64,000 nucleotides of DNA from Octopus vulgaris (lineage: Eukaryota), in NCBI GenBank assembly GCA_951406725.2, contig OX597826.1:4774001-4838000 (forward strand), in the 5' to 3' direction. Position 1 is the first letter of the stretch; each line of letters starts with the position of its first letter. The position numbers were made by a program, and so were the translations under genes. Below the pieces are notes generated by a model. That model had not been told where the DNA came from and did not search any database. It worked only from the letters and a program-made list of their open reading frames with translations. Positions 42,140 to 55,286 of the stretch are shown piece after piece.

Positions 42140-43136
42140 TCTTTAGTTAAGAGAGAAGTCCGCGTTTATGACCCCTTGGCAGGTTAGTCGATACTATCGG
42201 GAGGGGAGAAGGTAACTTCCGCCCTCCTTTCCTATCTCGAATGATTGCAAAAGCGGACTCTCATTAATACACCCAAGATGCCAGTTGGTTTTAAGTTAGA
42301 TTACGGATTTTAGTCCACCATCCATCATTATTGTTTTAAATTTATGATTGAAATATTTAGTTATATACCTGTAGAAATGGCAAATTGCTGAACTATGAGC
42401 ATTGCAATGATTTGTTACACTATAAAAACTTGGTGATGTAGTGGTGTTGATTCATCAGACTTTATTTCTTGCTTAAAAAAGTCTGCGATATGTCAAAACC
42501 GAGAAAGGATTCACATCAATGGAGATGATGATGATGATGATGATTATGATGATGATGATGGTGGTGGTGGTGGTGGTGATGACGACGACGACGACGATGA
42601 TGATGATGATGACGACGACGATGACGACGACGATGAGGATGATGCTGTTGATGATGATGATGATGATAATGATGATAAGGATGGCGAAAAGAAGGTGGTG
42701 GCAGTTGGTAACAATGGAAAAATATGCTGACACTGATGGTGATGACAATGACCATGATGATGATTATGATGATGAATGGGAGGAGACGGGGGGTGGCAGG
42801 GGATGTCAACTATTGATCCCCTGAGTCGTATTAACATGCCTTCTATATCTTTCCTTCTATGAGAATGCCAGTCTGTCAGAAATTTGTGTGCATATGACTA
42901 TGATTGTGTTTATGTAGGTGTTTATGAATGGCCAGGGTGAGAGAGATTATGTTTGCGTTTCTGTGTGAACGTCTGTATAAAAGGGCGTTTATCTAGCTTT
43001 CGGAATTATTGCATCCATCGCTATAGGCATGTATATGCATGGATGCGTGTATGTAAATAAGTTTGTACACACACAAACACACACACACACACGCATACAC
43101 AAATCTGTGCGTGTGTTAGTATAAATAAATAAATAA

Positions 43137-43167
<31 letters not shown>

Positions 43168-43171
43168 CATG

Positions 43172-43265
<94 letters not shown>

Positions 43266-43292
43266 GTGCATGCATATATGTATCTGTATGTA

Positions 43293-43337
<45 letters not shown>

Positions 43338-43357
43338 GTTTCTGTATGTATGCATAT

Positions 43358-43394
<37 letters not shown>

Positions 43395-43471
43395 TATGTT
43401 TGTATTTATATATATATATATGAATATACATGTATATGTATGTATATGATTGTGTGTATATGTGTATGTAC

Positions 43472-43516
<45 letters not shown>

Positions 43517-43861
43517 CATGTATGTGTATGTACGTATGTGTGTATGTGTGTCTGTGTGTGTGTGTGTGTGTAGTCTCAACATTGGAACGAGGGAGTTGAC
43601 ACAAGGACAGAACTAAGGAATATTTCATGAACAAAATGTTTGGATTCGGACAGGAATGCAATATTTCGATTCCTCGTATCTTAAATCCGTTTGGATTCCC
43701 TCCGCCTACATTGACGATCGCCCTCACACCCCCACACTCCCTTCTCAGCTGCTTCCAGCTTAGATGTGTAGAAACTGCATGAATCACCTTGTTGGGGCGA
43801 TCAACGACCGATGCATGACCTGGCTTCTCACTTGATACCTTTACCATGATAGAGAAATTAT

Positions 43862-43911
<50 letters not shown>

Positions 43912-44989
43912 ATATATATTTATATAAACATATGGTATGAGTAATAATATCTTCTTGGGCTATGATGTATGTTCTTTCAAGGTATTTTCGCCAGCTCATA
44001 TGCATATGTATATGCATTCACAGATGCACGTATGCATGCAAACATATATATGTAAATGAATGTGCGGACGTGTTAACGTTGCCGTTATATGAGAGAAAGG
44101 ATTGCATGAGAAGGAAAAGAAGTAGAAATGTTAGAGAAAAAGAAAGAGAAGAGAGAGAGAGAGATGCAGCAGGAAGGACGAGGCTTTAAGAATTATGTAG
44201 ATATATGTGTGTGTTTGTGTGCGTCTGTCTGTGTGTATGTGTGTGCTTCTGAAGTAATGAAGAGGAAGGAGAAGAGAGAAAGAGGAAAAACTGTGAATGA
44301 CTTATCGCAAGAGAAAAGGAGAAAAATGTGAAGGAGAAAGGAAAAGGAGAACGATGGAACACTATTAAGGGGGAAAAATGAAAATAGATTATGGGTTGGG
44401 GGAGGGTGATTTGTGTAAGAAGGGCCAAAAAGTGACAAACTGACAGACTAACAGTGAGACAAGGAGACAGGCAGATATATGAAAAGAAATGGCTTTAACG
44501 GTCATTCCTATTACCAACAACTGCAGAACATATGTTTTGTTCTCGATCCTTTCCTCAGAAAATATTCTTTAGTTCTTCATCTTAACGTTGTTGTTTTCCT
44601 CCCTAAGTATTTTTTGCTGTTTCACATTTTCTGCTTGTAGATTCATCTCACATGTGATAGCGAGTTTCTCACCGACTTTACCTCTTCGTACGTCGTATCA
44701 CCGTATCTCTTACTTTCTCACTAGACCTCTTTCTCTCTCTCGACTGCTTCCAATCGTTCACTATCTATCTATCTCTTATGTATGTATGAATGCATGCATG
44801 TATGTATGTATTCATGTATGTATGGTTGTATGCATGTATGGATATTTACATGCGTTAGACAATTTCTCACTTTATCGACATAATATAAATTTGTGGGCAT
44901 TATTTTACCGAGCACTTCTGTACAAACCTGCCTATGTACAGTTATCTTAGTATATCTTTTTTAAAAATACCCTATCTATCTGTCTGTCA

Positions 44990-45100
44990 GTTTGTCTGTT
45001 GAAGAGCGTAGGCTCGAAACATCAAAACTTTCTTTCTTTCCAAGCGACAAACTAACACACTTACTTGTTCCCTTACCTGTCTTCGTCTTTTGTTTTCTGT
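44990..45100 (+). mobile_element. Penelope-like terminal repeat fragment with hammerhead-like core
   Basis: CTGTTGA-A-GAG-cgtagg-CTC-GAAAC-ATC (44996-45023) and ACCTGTCTTCGTCTTTTGTTTT shared with the 17431 copy. Confidence 0.62.
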
Positions 45101-45112
45101 GCGTGTAAACCA

Positions 45113-45150
<38 letters not shown>

Positions 45151-45151
<1 letters not shown>

Positions 45152-45270
45152 CTATGGGTACTCGTGTCTGTAGAGTGCACAGCTACTTAGACGTTTAATT
45201 TCACGAGCGGTCTGTTCTATCGATCGTATCAACTAGAACCTGCCTCGTTGTAACCGACGTAGTGCTAGTT
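45151..45270 (+). mobile_element. SINE family D 3' fragment
   Basis: Homologous to ~545-655. Confidence 0.7.
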
Positions 45271-45419
45271 GACGAAGGAACCTCTCAGCCTTTGTTTCTG
45301 CTAGATATTAATTAAAAAAATATACATACACTCATGCTTCGAGTTCCATCTTTCCTGTTTCCATGGGAAACATTATATATATAAACACACACACACATAC
45401 ATACATACATACATACATA

Positions 45420-45462
45420 CAGGAATGGCTGTGTGGTAAGGAGCTTGCTTACCAATCACGTG
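45420..45462 (+). mobile_element. SINE family B head fragment
   Basis: CAGGAATGGCTGTGTGGTAAGGAGCTTGCTTACCAATCAC. Confidence 0.75.
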
Positions 45463-45493
45463 ATAAATAGATAGATATAGATATAGATATATA

Positions 45494-45795
45494 GGGGGAG
45501 GGCTCCAAAAGGGGTCTCAGTGAGTAGCGTCTCTGTCTTCCTGGGATAGCTCTTCCACCACATTTCTAAAAATCGTAGCAGAGGCTTTGGTCTCGGGATC
45601 ACTCATGTCTAGAAACTGAGGTTGGAGGTAAGCAAGAGCATGCTCCCTCTAGAAAATCCAAAGGAGAATGGGCACCAGCCAGCCCAAATGTTGGGGTGGG
45701 CTGCACTTGCCTGCCGTAGTTGGTATGGCATTGAGGTAGATCAGGCCACACCAGTTAACGAGGACAAAACCCGGATTTAAAACAATGGAGGAGAT
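45494..45795 (+). mobile_element. Unclassified GC-rich retroelement fragment
   Basis: GC-rich island; GTTGGAGGTAAGCAAGAGCATGCTCCCTCTAGAAAA resembles the V-domain-like GGAAGGGCATCC..GTAAAA motif. Confidence 0.35.
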
Positions 45796-45836
45796 ATGTG
45801 TGTGTATATATATTTGTTAATATAATACATGCCTGT

Positions 45837-45887
<51 letters not shown>

Positions 45888-46351
45888 TATAAATTTAGAT
45901 CAATATACTTAACACTGTTTACTAAACCGTGATTGTGTTGTTTGTTAGTTTTGTTTAGTTTAGCTAAGCACAATGCAACGATATTACAATCTGAGTGTAG
46001 ATTAAGCTTTAATACATCATCTATTGAAGTCAAACTAAACCAGCAATTTCCAAGAGGAGAAATTTGGGAATTCCAGTCGGAAAATTGGTTTCAGGCTGTT
46101 TTTTTCCTTTTTCTTTTTAATCATGAATTCATAGCGTTCTTGCTATATTCTCCATAATGGTTTTTTTTTTTGAGGCTGCTATTGTTAGATTAATATGATA
46201 ACAGAATTTTGTTGTTATGCAATAGATTTCGTTGTACACGTTAGCTTTATGATGGTAAATCGAGAGGGTGAACAAGTAAACTTGTATAATACAGAACAAA
46301 TAATGATAATAATAATAATAATAATAATAATCATAATAGAAATAATAATAA

Positions 46352-46571
46352 TAGTCTTTTCTACTGGATACAGAAGGCCTCATATTTGCGGGGAGGGGAC
46401 TAGTCGATTATATCGACCTCAGTATTTCACTGGTACTTAATTTATCGACCGCCGCGAAAGGATGAAAGACAAAGTCCACCTCGGCAGAATTTGAACTCAA
46501 CATATAAAGACGGACGAAATGCCGCTAAGCAATATTGCCTGGCGTGCTAACGATTCTGCCAGCTCACCGCC
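46352..46571 (-). mobile_element. SINE family A, full length, tail type 1
   Basis: Reverse complement of 2194-2408; (AAT)n on both flanks. Confidence 0.9.
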
Positions 46572-46977
46572 TTAATAATAATAATGATGAGGAGGAGGAT
46601 GATATGGATAAATAGATAAGAAATAGTAAATACTGAGCCAAGCTTATCAAAACCACACTCATTCCAGGAGGGCTTTACATTGTCTTTTCTGTCCCTTATA
46701 CATTCACAGATGTGTATGTGCGCGCATATGTTGTAATTTCCACACATCCATTCCATACAGTTCCTACACCCATCTTCTTAAATTCAGTCCTACTTCTACA
46801 TACCCCAAATTTTCATTATCATTAGTTTCGCGCTGTCTTTCAGTAAATTTCATGAAATGTGATTGAGGGAACTGAGAATATCCTGTGTGAATGAGCTAAT
46901 CCTTCTTAACACGTATACGCACAGAGGTCGGTGAGAGTATTTGCCCTTGATACTTAGGATATTTCTTGAACTGGCAT

Positions 46978-47393
46978 CGAGCTGGCAGAATCTTTAGCAC
47001 GCCGGGCGAACTGCTTAGCGGTATTTCGTCTGCGTTATGTTCTGAGTTCAAATTCCGCCGAGGTCGACTTTGCCTTTCATCCTTTCGGTGTCGATAAATT
47101 AAGTACCAGTTACGCACTGGGGTTGATCGATGTAATCGACTTAATCCCTTTATCTGTCCTTGTTTGTCCTGTCTGTGTTTAGCCCCTTGTGAGTAGTAAA
47201 GAAATAGGTATTTCGTCTGCCGCTACGTTCTGAGTTCAAATTATCCGAGGTCGACTTTGCCTTTCATCCTTTCGGAGTCGATAAATTAAGTACCAGTTAC
47301 GCACTGGGGTCGACGAAATCGACTTAATCCCTTTGTCTGTCGTTGTTTAGCCCCTCTATGTTTAGCCCCTTGTGGGCAATAAAGAAATAAGAA
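46978..47393 (+). mobile_element. SINE family A, dimeric (head + two bodies), tail type 2
   Basis: Unit 1 46978-47207; unit 2 47208-47393 restarts at GTATTTCGTCTGC. Confidence 0.93.
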
Positions 47394-47769
47394 CTGTAGG
47401 GGTTTGTTGATTGACTTCAAGGCAGTAGTACTCGCCTAAGGAAACAGCACATTTCCTTAATTTTGTATGCTGTGATTTCGATGATTGCTTTATTAAATAT
47501 TATTTATTTTACTCCTGCTTAAATCCCTTCGAAAAACAGATTTTGTAATTTAGTTTCTGATACTTCTTCATCTATTTCCCTTGCGGTAGTCGTTCAGGTA
47601 TTTTGACGGTCGGAGATCAAATCCAGCCTACATTAATCATTCTGAGATTGATGATATATAACACTAGTCAAATCCTGGATATAAACTTCTAGCATGCACA
47701 CACACATACGCACGTACGCACGCATGCGCACAGTTTGCTTTTGTGCCTATGTGAGACGCAACTATAAAA

Positions 47770-48008
47770 CGTGGCAGACTTGGTGAATCATTAGACTGTC
47801 GGAAGAAATGCTTTGTATTTGTGCCGGCTCTTTACATCCTAAGTTCAAACCCCAACCGAGGTCAACTTTGACTTTCACCCTTCTGGGGTCGAAAAAAAAA
47901 TAATAAAAAATAAAGCGCCCTTCATGTGCAGCCAATTTTTCGATGGCATCGATTAATCGCCTCTCCTAAAAGTTTTTGGACTTGTGCCTAAAACTGAAAT
48001 AATTATTA
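47770..48008 (+). mobile_element. SINE family A, diverged, tail type 1
   Basis: AAGTTCAAACCCCAACCGAGGTCAACTTTGACTTTCACCCTTCTGGGGTCGA...GGACTTGTGCCTAAAA. Confidence 0.78.
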
Positions 48009-48028
48009 TGAGTATTATAATAGTAGTA

Positions 48029-48074
<46 letters not shown>

Positions 48075-48258
48075 CAGCAACAGCAGCAGTAGTTCAGTAG
48101 TCTGCAATAATAATATCTGATATTAAAGGAATAAAGAGAAATTAATACAAATAGCTGCAAAACATGAAATCAAATCAACAAAAAACAACCTGTTTTCTGT
48201 CTTCAAGGAAGCCAGCAAATAATAAAATCACCACCACAACCACCACTGCCATCATCAG

Positions 48259-48346
<88 letters not shown>

Positions 48347-48351
<5 letters not shown>

Positions 48352-48530
48352 TATTTTATTATTATTATTTTTATTATTATTACTATTATTTATTATTATT
48401 ATTTTTATTATTATTACTATTATTTATTATTATTATTTTTATTATTATTACTATTATTATTATTATTATTTTTATTATTATTACTATTATTTATTATTAT
48501 TATTTTTATTATTATTACTATTATTTATTA
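48347..48530. repeat. 33-35 bp minisatellite within a (TTA)n array
   Basis: ACT marker at 48347, 48382, 48416, 48450, 48483, 48517. Confidence 0.85.
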
Positions 48531-48613
48531 TTATTATTACTATTATTATTATTACAATTATTATTATTATTTCGTCGTTGTTGTTTTCCATTATATTTCA
48601 CCAATAGCCTCAC

Positions 48614-48667
<54 letters not shown>

Positions 48668-49221
48668 TTTTTTTCTAACCATTTGCGAATCACGCCATGC
48701 TGCTTTTATTATTACGCATTCAACCCACCCAACTAATCCTTCATTCATTATTGATTATCGAATTCGTTGATGTTTTATTAGGGACAAAGGATCACAACAG
48801 GATTGCGTTTTCTTCATTTAAAGGATCAAACTCTTCACTTTCTCTTCTTTCACTAGGTTGTTAGTTTTTTTTGTTTTTTTATTAGTTTTGTTTACTTATT
48901 TTTCTTGTATTGTTTGTTATGTTTTGTTACGCTTTCTCATTCCTCATATACATACAGTTTTACTACCTCTCTATTTTCCATTGCCCACTCCTCATTCTGC
49001 CCCTCTCTCGCTCTCTCTCATTTTCTATTTTATTTCGCCTCTGATTTGTTTTTCTATTTATCATTATTATTATTATTATTATCATTATTATTATTACATC
49101 CACTCAATATCTGTTTTCCTCTTCAATATTTGCCGTCTATTTTCTCTATATTATCTTCTTTCACATTGCTATATTTGCTTTTTCCTTCGTTCTGCTTCAT
49201 ATGCTTCTCTCTCTTTCTCTC

Positions 49222-49262
<41 letters not shown>

Positions 49263-49607
49263 CTCTCTCTCCCCGTATGTATATATATATATATATTAAG
49301 TCTACCCTCACCATATCACTTTATATTTCTCTCCATTGATATTCTCATACCGCTTCCATATTACCTGAGTTTCGACACCCCACCACATCACCAACACCTT
49401 CTTTCAGTCTCATCCCCAACCCCACCTCACCTTGCTCTCCTTCTATGCCCTTCCCACACCACCATCTTATAAACATCTCCTTAAGTCATCTCTCCCCTCC
49501 ACCACATTACGTTTCAATCTACCTCTCACCGCCACCTTATCGTTCTCTCCTAAAAATCTTCCCACCCCCACAAACATCGTCTTATCTTTATCTTCTCCAG
49601 CATCTTC

Positions 49608-49713
49608 CTCCACCCACCGCCCTCACCAATATATCTTTATCATCTTCAATCTCCACCCACCGCCCTCACCAATATATCTTTATCATCTTCAATCTCCACC
49701 CACCGCCCTCACC
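49608..49713. repeat. 43-bp tandem repeat x2.5
   Basis: CTCCACCCACCGCCCTCACCAATATATCTTTATCATCTTCAAT at 49608 and 49651, partial at 49694. Confidence 0.92.
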
Positions 49714-50246
49714 TTCTCGTCTGTCGCTCCTTCATTCTCGTCTCCCCACAACCATATTATCGTACTCACATTCAAACTCCTCTCCCCGCCACCATTTCAT
49801 ATTTCTCTCTTTCAAAAATCTTCTCCTCACCACCTGTGTCGTTCTTCTTTAAATCGCCTTTCCTTGTCACCATCGAAAATTGCTCTCCTTCATTTACCTC
49901 TCCACACTACCATTTTATGTTTCTCTCCTTCTGTCTCGTCTCCCTCCGCTCTTCTCACAAAAAAACTTCTACACCACCATCGCCATCCGATATTCCTCTC
50001 CTTCAATTTTCCTTCTACCACTTCCAAATTGCTTTCTCTCTATCTATCTCTTTCTCACACACACTCTCTCACTCTCTTTCTATTATTCATCTACCACTCA
50101 GTTCTATCAAGGAACCTGCTTTCTATTTCTTTCCATAGGTATGTACCCATTCGTTATACCCTCTTTGCCAGTACGCAATATATATATATGTACATGGATT
50201 GATGGATGGATATTTAGTGGGAGGGAGAGGGAGATATGATATGGTA

Positions 50247-50284
<38 letters not shown>

Positions 50285-50517
50285 CACTTCTCATCATGGC
50301 CTCTCTCTCTGCGAAAAACTGTAAGTTTCAAAATATTTCCCCAAATATATTGTAGATTATATCCTGTTGATAAGGTATGATATATATACCACACTAGCAT
50401 TTAAAATTTACCCCGGATTAGAGGAAACGCTGGTCTTACCATTATGCTTATTCCATGCATCATGGTCGTATCCACTCTACTATTCACTTGTTTCTTTTTC
50501 AGTTTCTCTCTTTCTTC

Positions 50518-50567
<50 letters not shown>

Positions 50568-50589
50568 CTCTTGCTTTCTCTACCTATAC

Positions 50590-50621
<32 letters not shown>

Positions 50622-50746
50622 CTGTCTCTGTCTGTCACTCCGTCTCCCTCTGTATATGTATGTATTCATCAATTCACCTCCCTCATTCTTTCTTTCTCTC
50701 TCTCTCTCTCTACAAACACATATATATATATATATAAATGTGCGTA

Positions 50747-50789
<43 letters not shown>

Positions 50790-51592
50790 CCACTCACATA
50801 TATATACATATATACATACATACAAACATACATACATACATACAAACATACATACGTACATACGTACATACGAGTTTTTCTCTAGATATCTATCTGTTTC
50901 AAGCTAAGCCTGCCAAAATTCCTACAACTCTATATATTGTTCATCAAACCACTGGTTCTGCTAATCTATACAGATCTGCTTGTCTGCCACGTTGTATATG
51001 TGAATACTTGTGTAATTCCTCCTAAAAACTCTTACACACAGACTACACATACACAAACGCATAAACACTACGTACAAATATACATGTACATACACAAGCA
51101 TACAGAACTGCGTACAAATACAAACACATTCATTTCATATTTCTCTCTTGTCTGATTAACTTCCCTCCACAAATACACAACCTGATATTTTTTTTCCAGT
51201 AATTTTTCGGTCGTATCGGCTGCCTTTATCTGAATTTTCTATTTGCCGCCATCAAATGATCGGATCGGAAAAAGAAAAAACGAAATACAATAACATACAC
51301 AGGAATAAATAAATATCTAAATATATGAATGTATAAACGTAAAAAAAAAATACTGTAGTAGTTACAAGAATAATGTATTAAAGTGAAAATTATGATTATG
51401 ATAAAATAAAATTAAAATTAAACGAAAACATTAATATTTTTTTTTCAAAAATTTAATGTAGAATACCAAAAACAAGGAATGAAAATCAATAAATGACAAT
51501 TAAAATTGAAATGATACAAATAAAGGAAACGAAATTGAAGACGAATTTTCCAAAAACAAAACCAATGAAAATTTTATATATATATATATATA

Positions 51593-51995
51593 GGCGCAGG
51601 AGTGGCTGTGTGTTAAGTACCTTGCTAACCAACCACATGGTTCCGGGTTCAGTCCTACTGCGTAGCATCTTGGGCAAGTGTCTCCTGCTATAGCCCCGGG
51701 CCGACCAATGCCTTGTGAGTGGATTTGGTAGACGGAAACTGAAAGAAGCCTGTCGTATATATGTATATAGATGTATGTATGTGTTTGTGTTTGTGTGTCT
51801 GTGTTTGTCCCCCTAGCATTGCTTGACAACCGATGCTGGTGTGTTTACGTCCCTGTCACTTAGCGGTTCGGCAAAACTGACCGATTGAATAAGTACTGGG
51901 CTTACAAAGAATAAGTCCCGGGGTCGATTTGCTCGACTAAAGGTGGTGCTCCAGCATGGCCACAGTCAAATGACTGAAACAAGTAAGAATAAGAA
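51593..51995 (+). mobile_element. SINE family B, full length
   Basis: GGCGCAGGAGTGGCTGTGTG head, GGGTTCAGTCC B-box, CTTGGGCAAGTGTCT core, CAGTCAAATGACTGAAACAAGTAAGA tail. Confidence 0.95.
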
Positions 51996-52249
51996 TACTC
52001 TTTTAGTCTCTCTTTTACTCCTTTACTTTTTTCAGTCATTTGACTGCGGCCATGCTGGAGCACCACCTTTAGTCGAGCAAATCGACCCCACAACTTATTC
52101 TTTTGTAAGCCTTAGTACTTATTCTATCGGTCTCTTTTGCCGAACTGGTAATTTACGGGGACGTAAACACACCAGCATCGGTTGTTAAGCGATGTTGGGG
52201 GGGACAAACACAGACACACAAACATATACACACATACATACATATATAT

Positions 52250-52294
<45 letters not shown>

Positions 52295-52457
52295 CATAAA
52301 TATATATACGACGAGCTTCTTTCTTTCAGTTTCCGTCTACCAAATCCACTCACAAGGCTTTGGTTAGCTCGAGGGTATAGTAGAAGACACTTGCCCAAGG
52401 TGCCACGCAGTGGTACTGAACCCGGAACCATGTGGTTGGTAAGCAAGCTACTTACCA
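51996..52457 (-). mobile_element. SINE family B, near full length, tail-to-tail with the previous copy
   Basis: Reverse complement of 51593-51995. Confidence 0.95.
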
Positions 52458-53159
52458 ATATATATTGTAGGGCGTTGTAGAATCGTATAAATCGTAGCAC
52501 AAACTGAAGCACACTGAAGACGTAGGGAAGAGACATGTATTGTATTAGAATACAGAAACAAAAGGATGCCTTGTCCGTAGTCGAACACCGTTCTCTATTT
52601 CGGTCAAAATCATTTCGGCTAATTTATGTGAGACTACGTTATTGAGTTCTAACACCACCGTGGCAGATATTGTAGTCATGAGAAAATAAAAATGAGAAAT
52701 GAGTGAAAGTCAAGACTATTGAAAATGTTGCAAGACGCAACGAAAATTTTAGGAAAATAAAAATAAGAAATAAGTGGAAATTTTACCGGTGAGTGTGTTA
52801 CATAATAAGGCACATAAAGAAAATGACTCTCCCCAGACACAACAGAATAGTTTTATAGCTTACGTATTAAAAGTGCTACTGTCTTCTCATGCTTATAGAA
52901 GACCACAGGTATAGCGGTGTGTTTAAAAGTTGTTTTCTTGATGTCGTAGTTGCAGGTTCGGTGACATTGTACAGTTCTTGGACACGTCTTTCACTGTAGA
53001 CTCAATATAAACATTACAAATTACAGATTCATGATATCGGATTTCCATTGTGTACCTTGCCGAAATATTGTAGCTGTAGCATGATTAATCTTAATATGTT
53101 TTAGTAGAGAGATTTGTTATGAATTACTCTGGAAATGACTTCCATAGATACTCCACTGA

Positions 53160-53270
53160 AATGGCGGAACTAGAAGAATCGTTAGAGCGGATATTTATTT
53201 AAGTTCTCTGCGCTCTGAATTCAAATCCTGACGAAGCTCTAACATTGCATTTCATTCTCTTAGAATCAAT
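53160..53270 (+). mobile_element. Old SINE family A remnant
   Basis: GGCGGAACTAGAAGAATCGTTAGAGCG...CTGAATTCAAATCC...TTGCATTTCATTCT. Confidence 0.55.
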
Positions 53271-53544
53271 CAATCAATTTTGAGCACTTGCAGTGAATAC
53301 GCTCTTATTTTTTCTATCTCACTATGTTTCTATTGCAGCTGCAAATGAAAGTTTTAACTTTGTTACATAGAAACCTAATGATTTGAATCGAAAATATTGT
53401 TAAGTGCACACATGTACGGAATATCCAGCCGCCTACACTTTAATTTTACCGGTAGAAATTTAGTTGAACAAATAACTGAAATCTCAGTTTTGAAACTTAC
53501 GAGCAATCTATCATACTCACCCAGGTTTTAGGGAATTTAATTAA

Positions 53545-53752
53545 CCCTTTTGTTACTATATTTCTTGTTGAAACATGCTGCCTTTAAATGAATTAATTTT
53601 GCAAATACTGACGAAAACTTGTCATTATTAAGCTGGTGTTTGGGACGCAAAGAAAACAAAATATTGATTGAGAGTTTAATTTAGAACACTTAAAACAGGA
53701 AGTTTCTATGATAGAACCAGGGGCAGTAGCTGCAGGCTTGCTATCTAAAGGG
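53545..53752. mobile_element. piggyBac-like MITE
   Basis: TTAA|CCCTTT...AAAGGG|TTAA: TTAA TSD with imperfect ~12-bp TIRs. Confidence 0.75.
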
Positions 53753-53963
53753 TTAAAGACCTACTCTCATATTAATACACAACTCTTAATGACGTATTTT
53801 ATTTCATATATCGCTTTAAGAGAAAGAAATAGTTGAATAGCCAAAAGGAGACGAAGAGAAACGCCAAGAAATCAAACAAACAAGCAAAGGAAAAATTATT
53901 GATCGCAATTCACTGGATCATTTAGACTACTATAGATGACGTCAAAATGTGTGTATGTGTGGG

Positions 53964-54045
<82 letters not shown>

Positions 54046-54785
54046 TGTATATGATTCAGTATGTCATATGTATTGGAGTTGCTAAGTATCTGAGAATTAA
54101 AATCTGGTAACGAGACTCCCAAGACAAGTGGAATAATTTTTATCTTGCCACGCCCAATTATTCCTACACTACATCACGCGCTATCGACATATGCTTGTCT
54201 ATATGTATATCTTCACAAACACATACATACACACATACAAACACACATATATACGTTTGTACGCACATTTACGTATTAAGTAGTCAGGTTATTACTTATA
54301 TTTTGTACTGGGTTCACACACAGACACATAACTATAAACTGATATACATACTGCCGCTCATATATAAAGGGAAGGGTACGTCTTTTGAGGGTGGGGCAGA
54401 ACAATAATTGTAATGTGTCAGAGGTCGGGTATAATTCCGAACTTCTACAGTAGATGAGAGCTTCTTAAGTGTTAAGATCGGCACAAGATATAAAGATTGA
54501 TATCATAACACTGATAGGGGCTTTGTGAAAAGTACTTCAGGAATACCTACCAACCCTTACATACTCGCTAAAATGTGCACACATACACTCTCAAACACAC
54601 ATAGGTGAATAAAAAAGCATACACACACACACATTCGCAAATTTCTCAGTATTTCAGGGAATAAATATTTTACGTATATTAATGTGTAAAACGAACAGTC
54701 TGTAGGAATTTATGTGTGTATATGTGTTACATATAAATGTGTGCGTGTCATGTATATATATGCATATATACGTGTGTGTGCTTGC

Positions 54786-54834
<49 letters not shown>

Positions 54835-54998
54835 ATGTAAAATAAATATACGATGTCATCTAAAAGAAAGCTATAACCATTATTAAGAGGAATTTGTTCT
54901 GGCATTAGAAGACAATACCTCAAAAAGAAAAAAAATACAAAATCTAGTCTAAACATAAAAAATGTCCCAAACGGAACAGCAGCAATAAAAATAATAAC

Positions 54999-55046
<48 letters not shown>

Positions 55047-55197
55047 CATGAAGTGGAAGAGCAGGAGGGGAAGCAATAAGCCCCTTACTAAAACGGTCTA
55101 GAATCTCTTCAATTCTCCACAAGAGGTATGATAACATCAACAACAAAAAGTACGAAGAAGCAATGGTGATGGCAACAAAAACGAAACAGCAAGAACA

Positions 55198-55243
<46 letters not shown>

Positions 55244-55251
55244 TAATAATC

Positions 55252-55286
<35 letters not shown>

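Noticed and set aside
49608-49713. Repeat array considered as CRISPR-like
   Set aside because: Direct tandem units without spacers, eukaryotic context.
49432-50202. 256-aa S/P/L-rich ORF
   Set aside because: Pyrimidine-biased low-complexity DNA open in several frames.
52470-52862. Possible minus-strand Helitron remnant
   Set aside because: Resembles a recalled octopus repeat, but neither terminus is intact.
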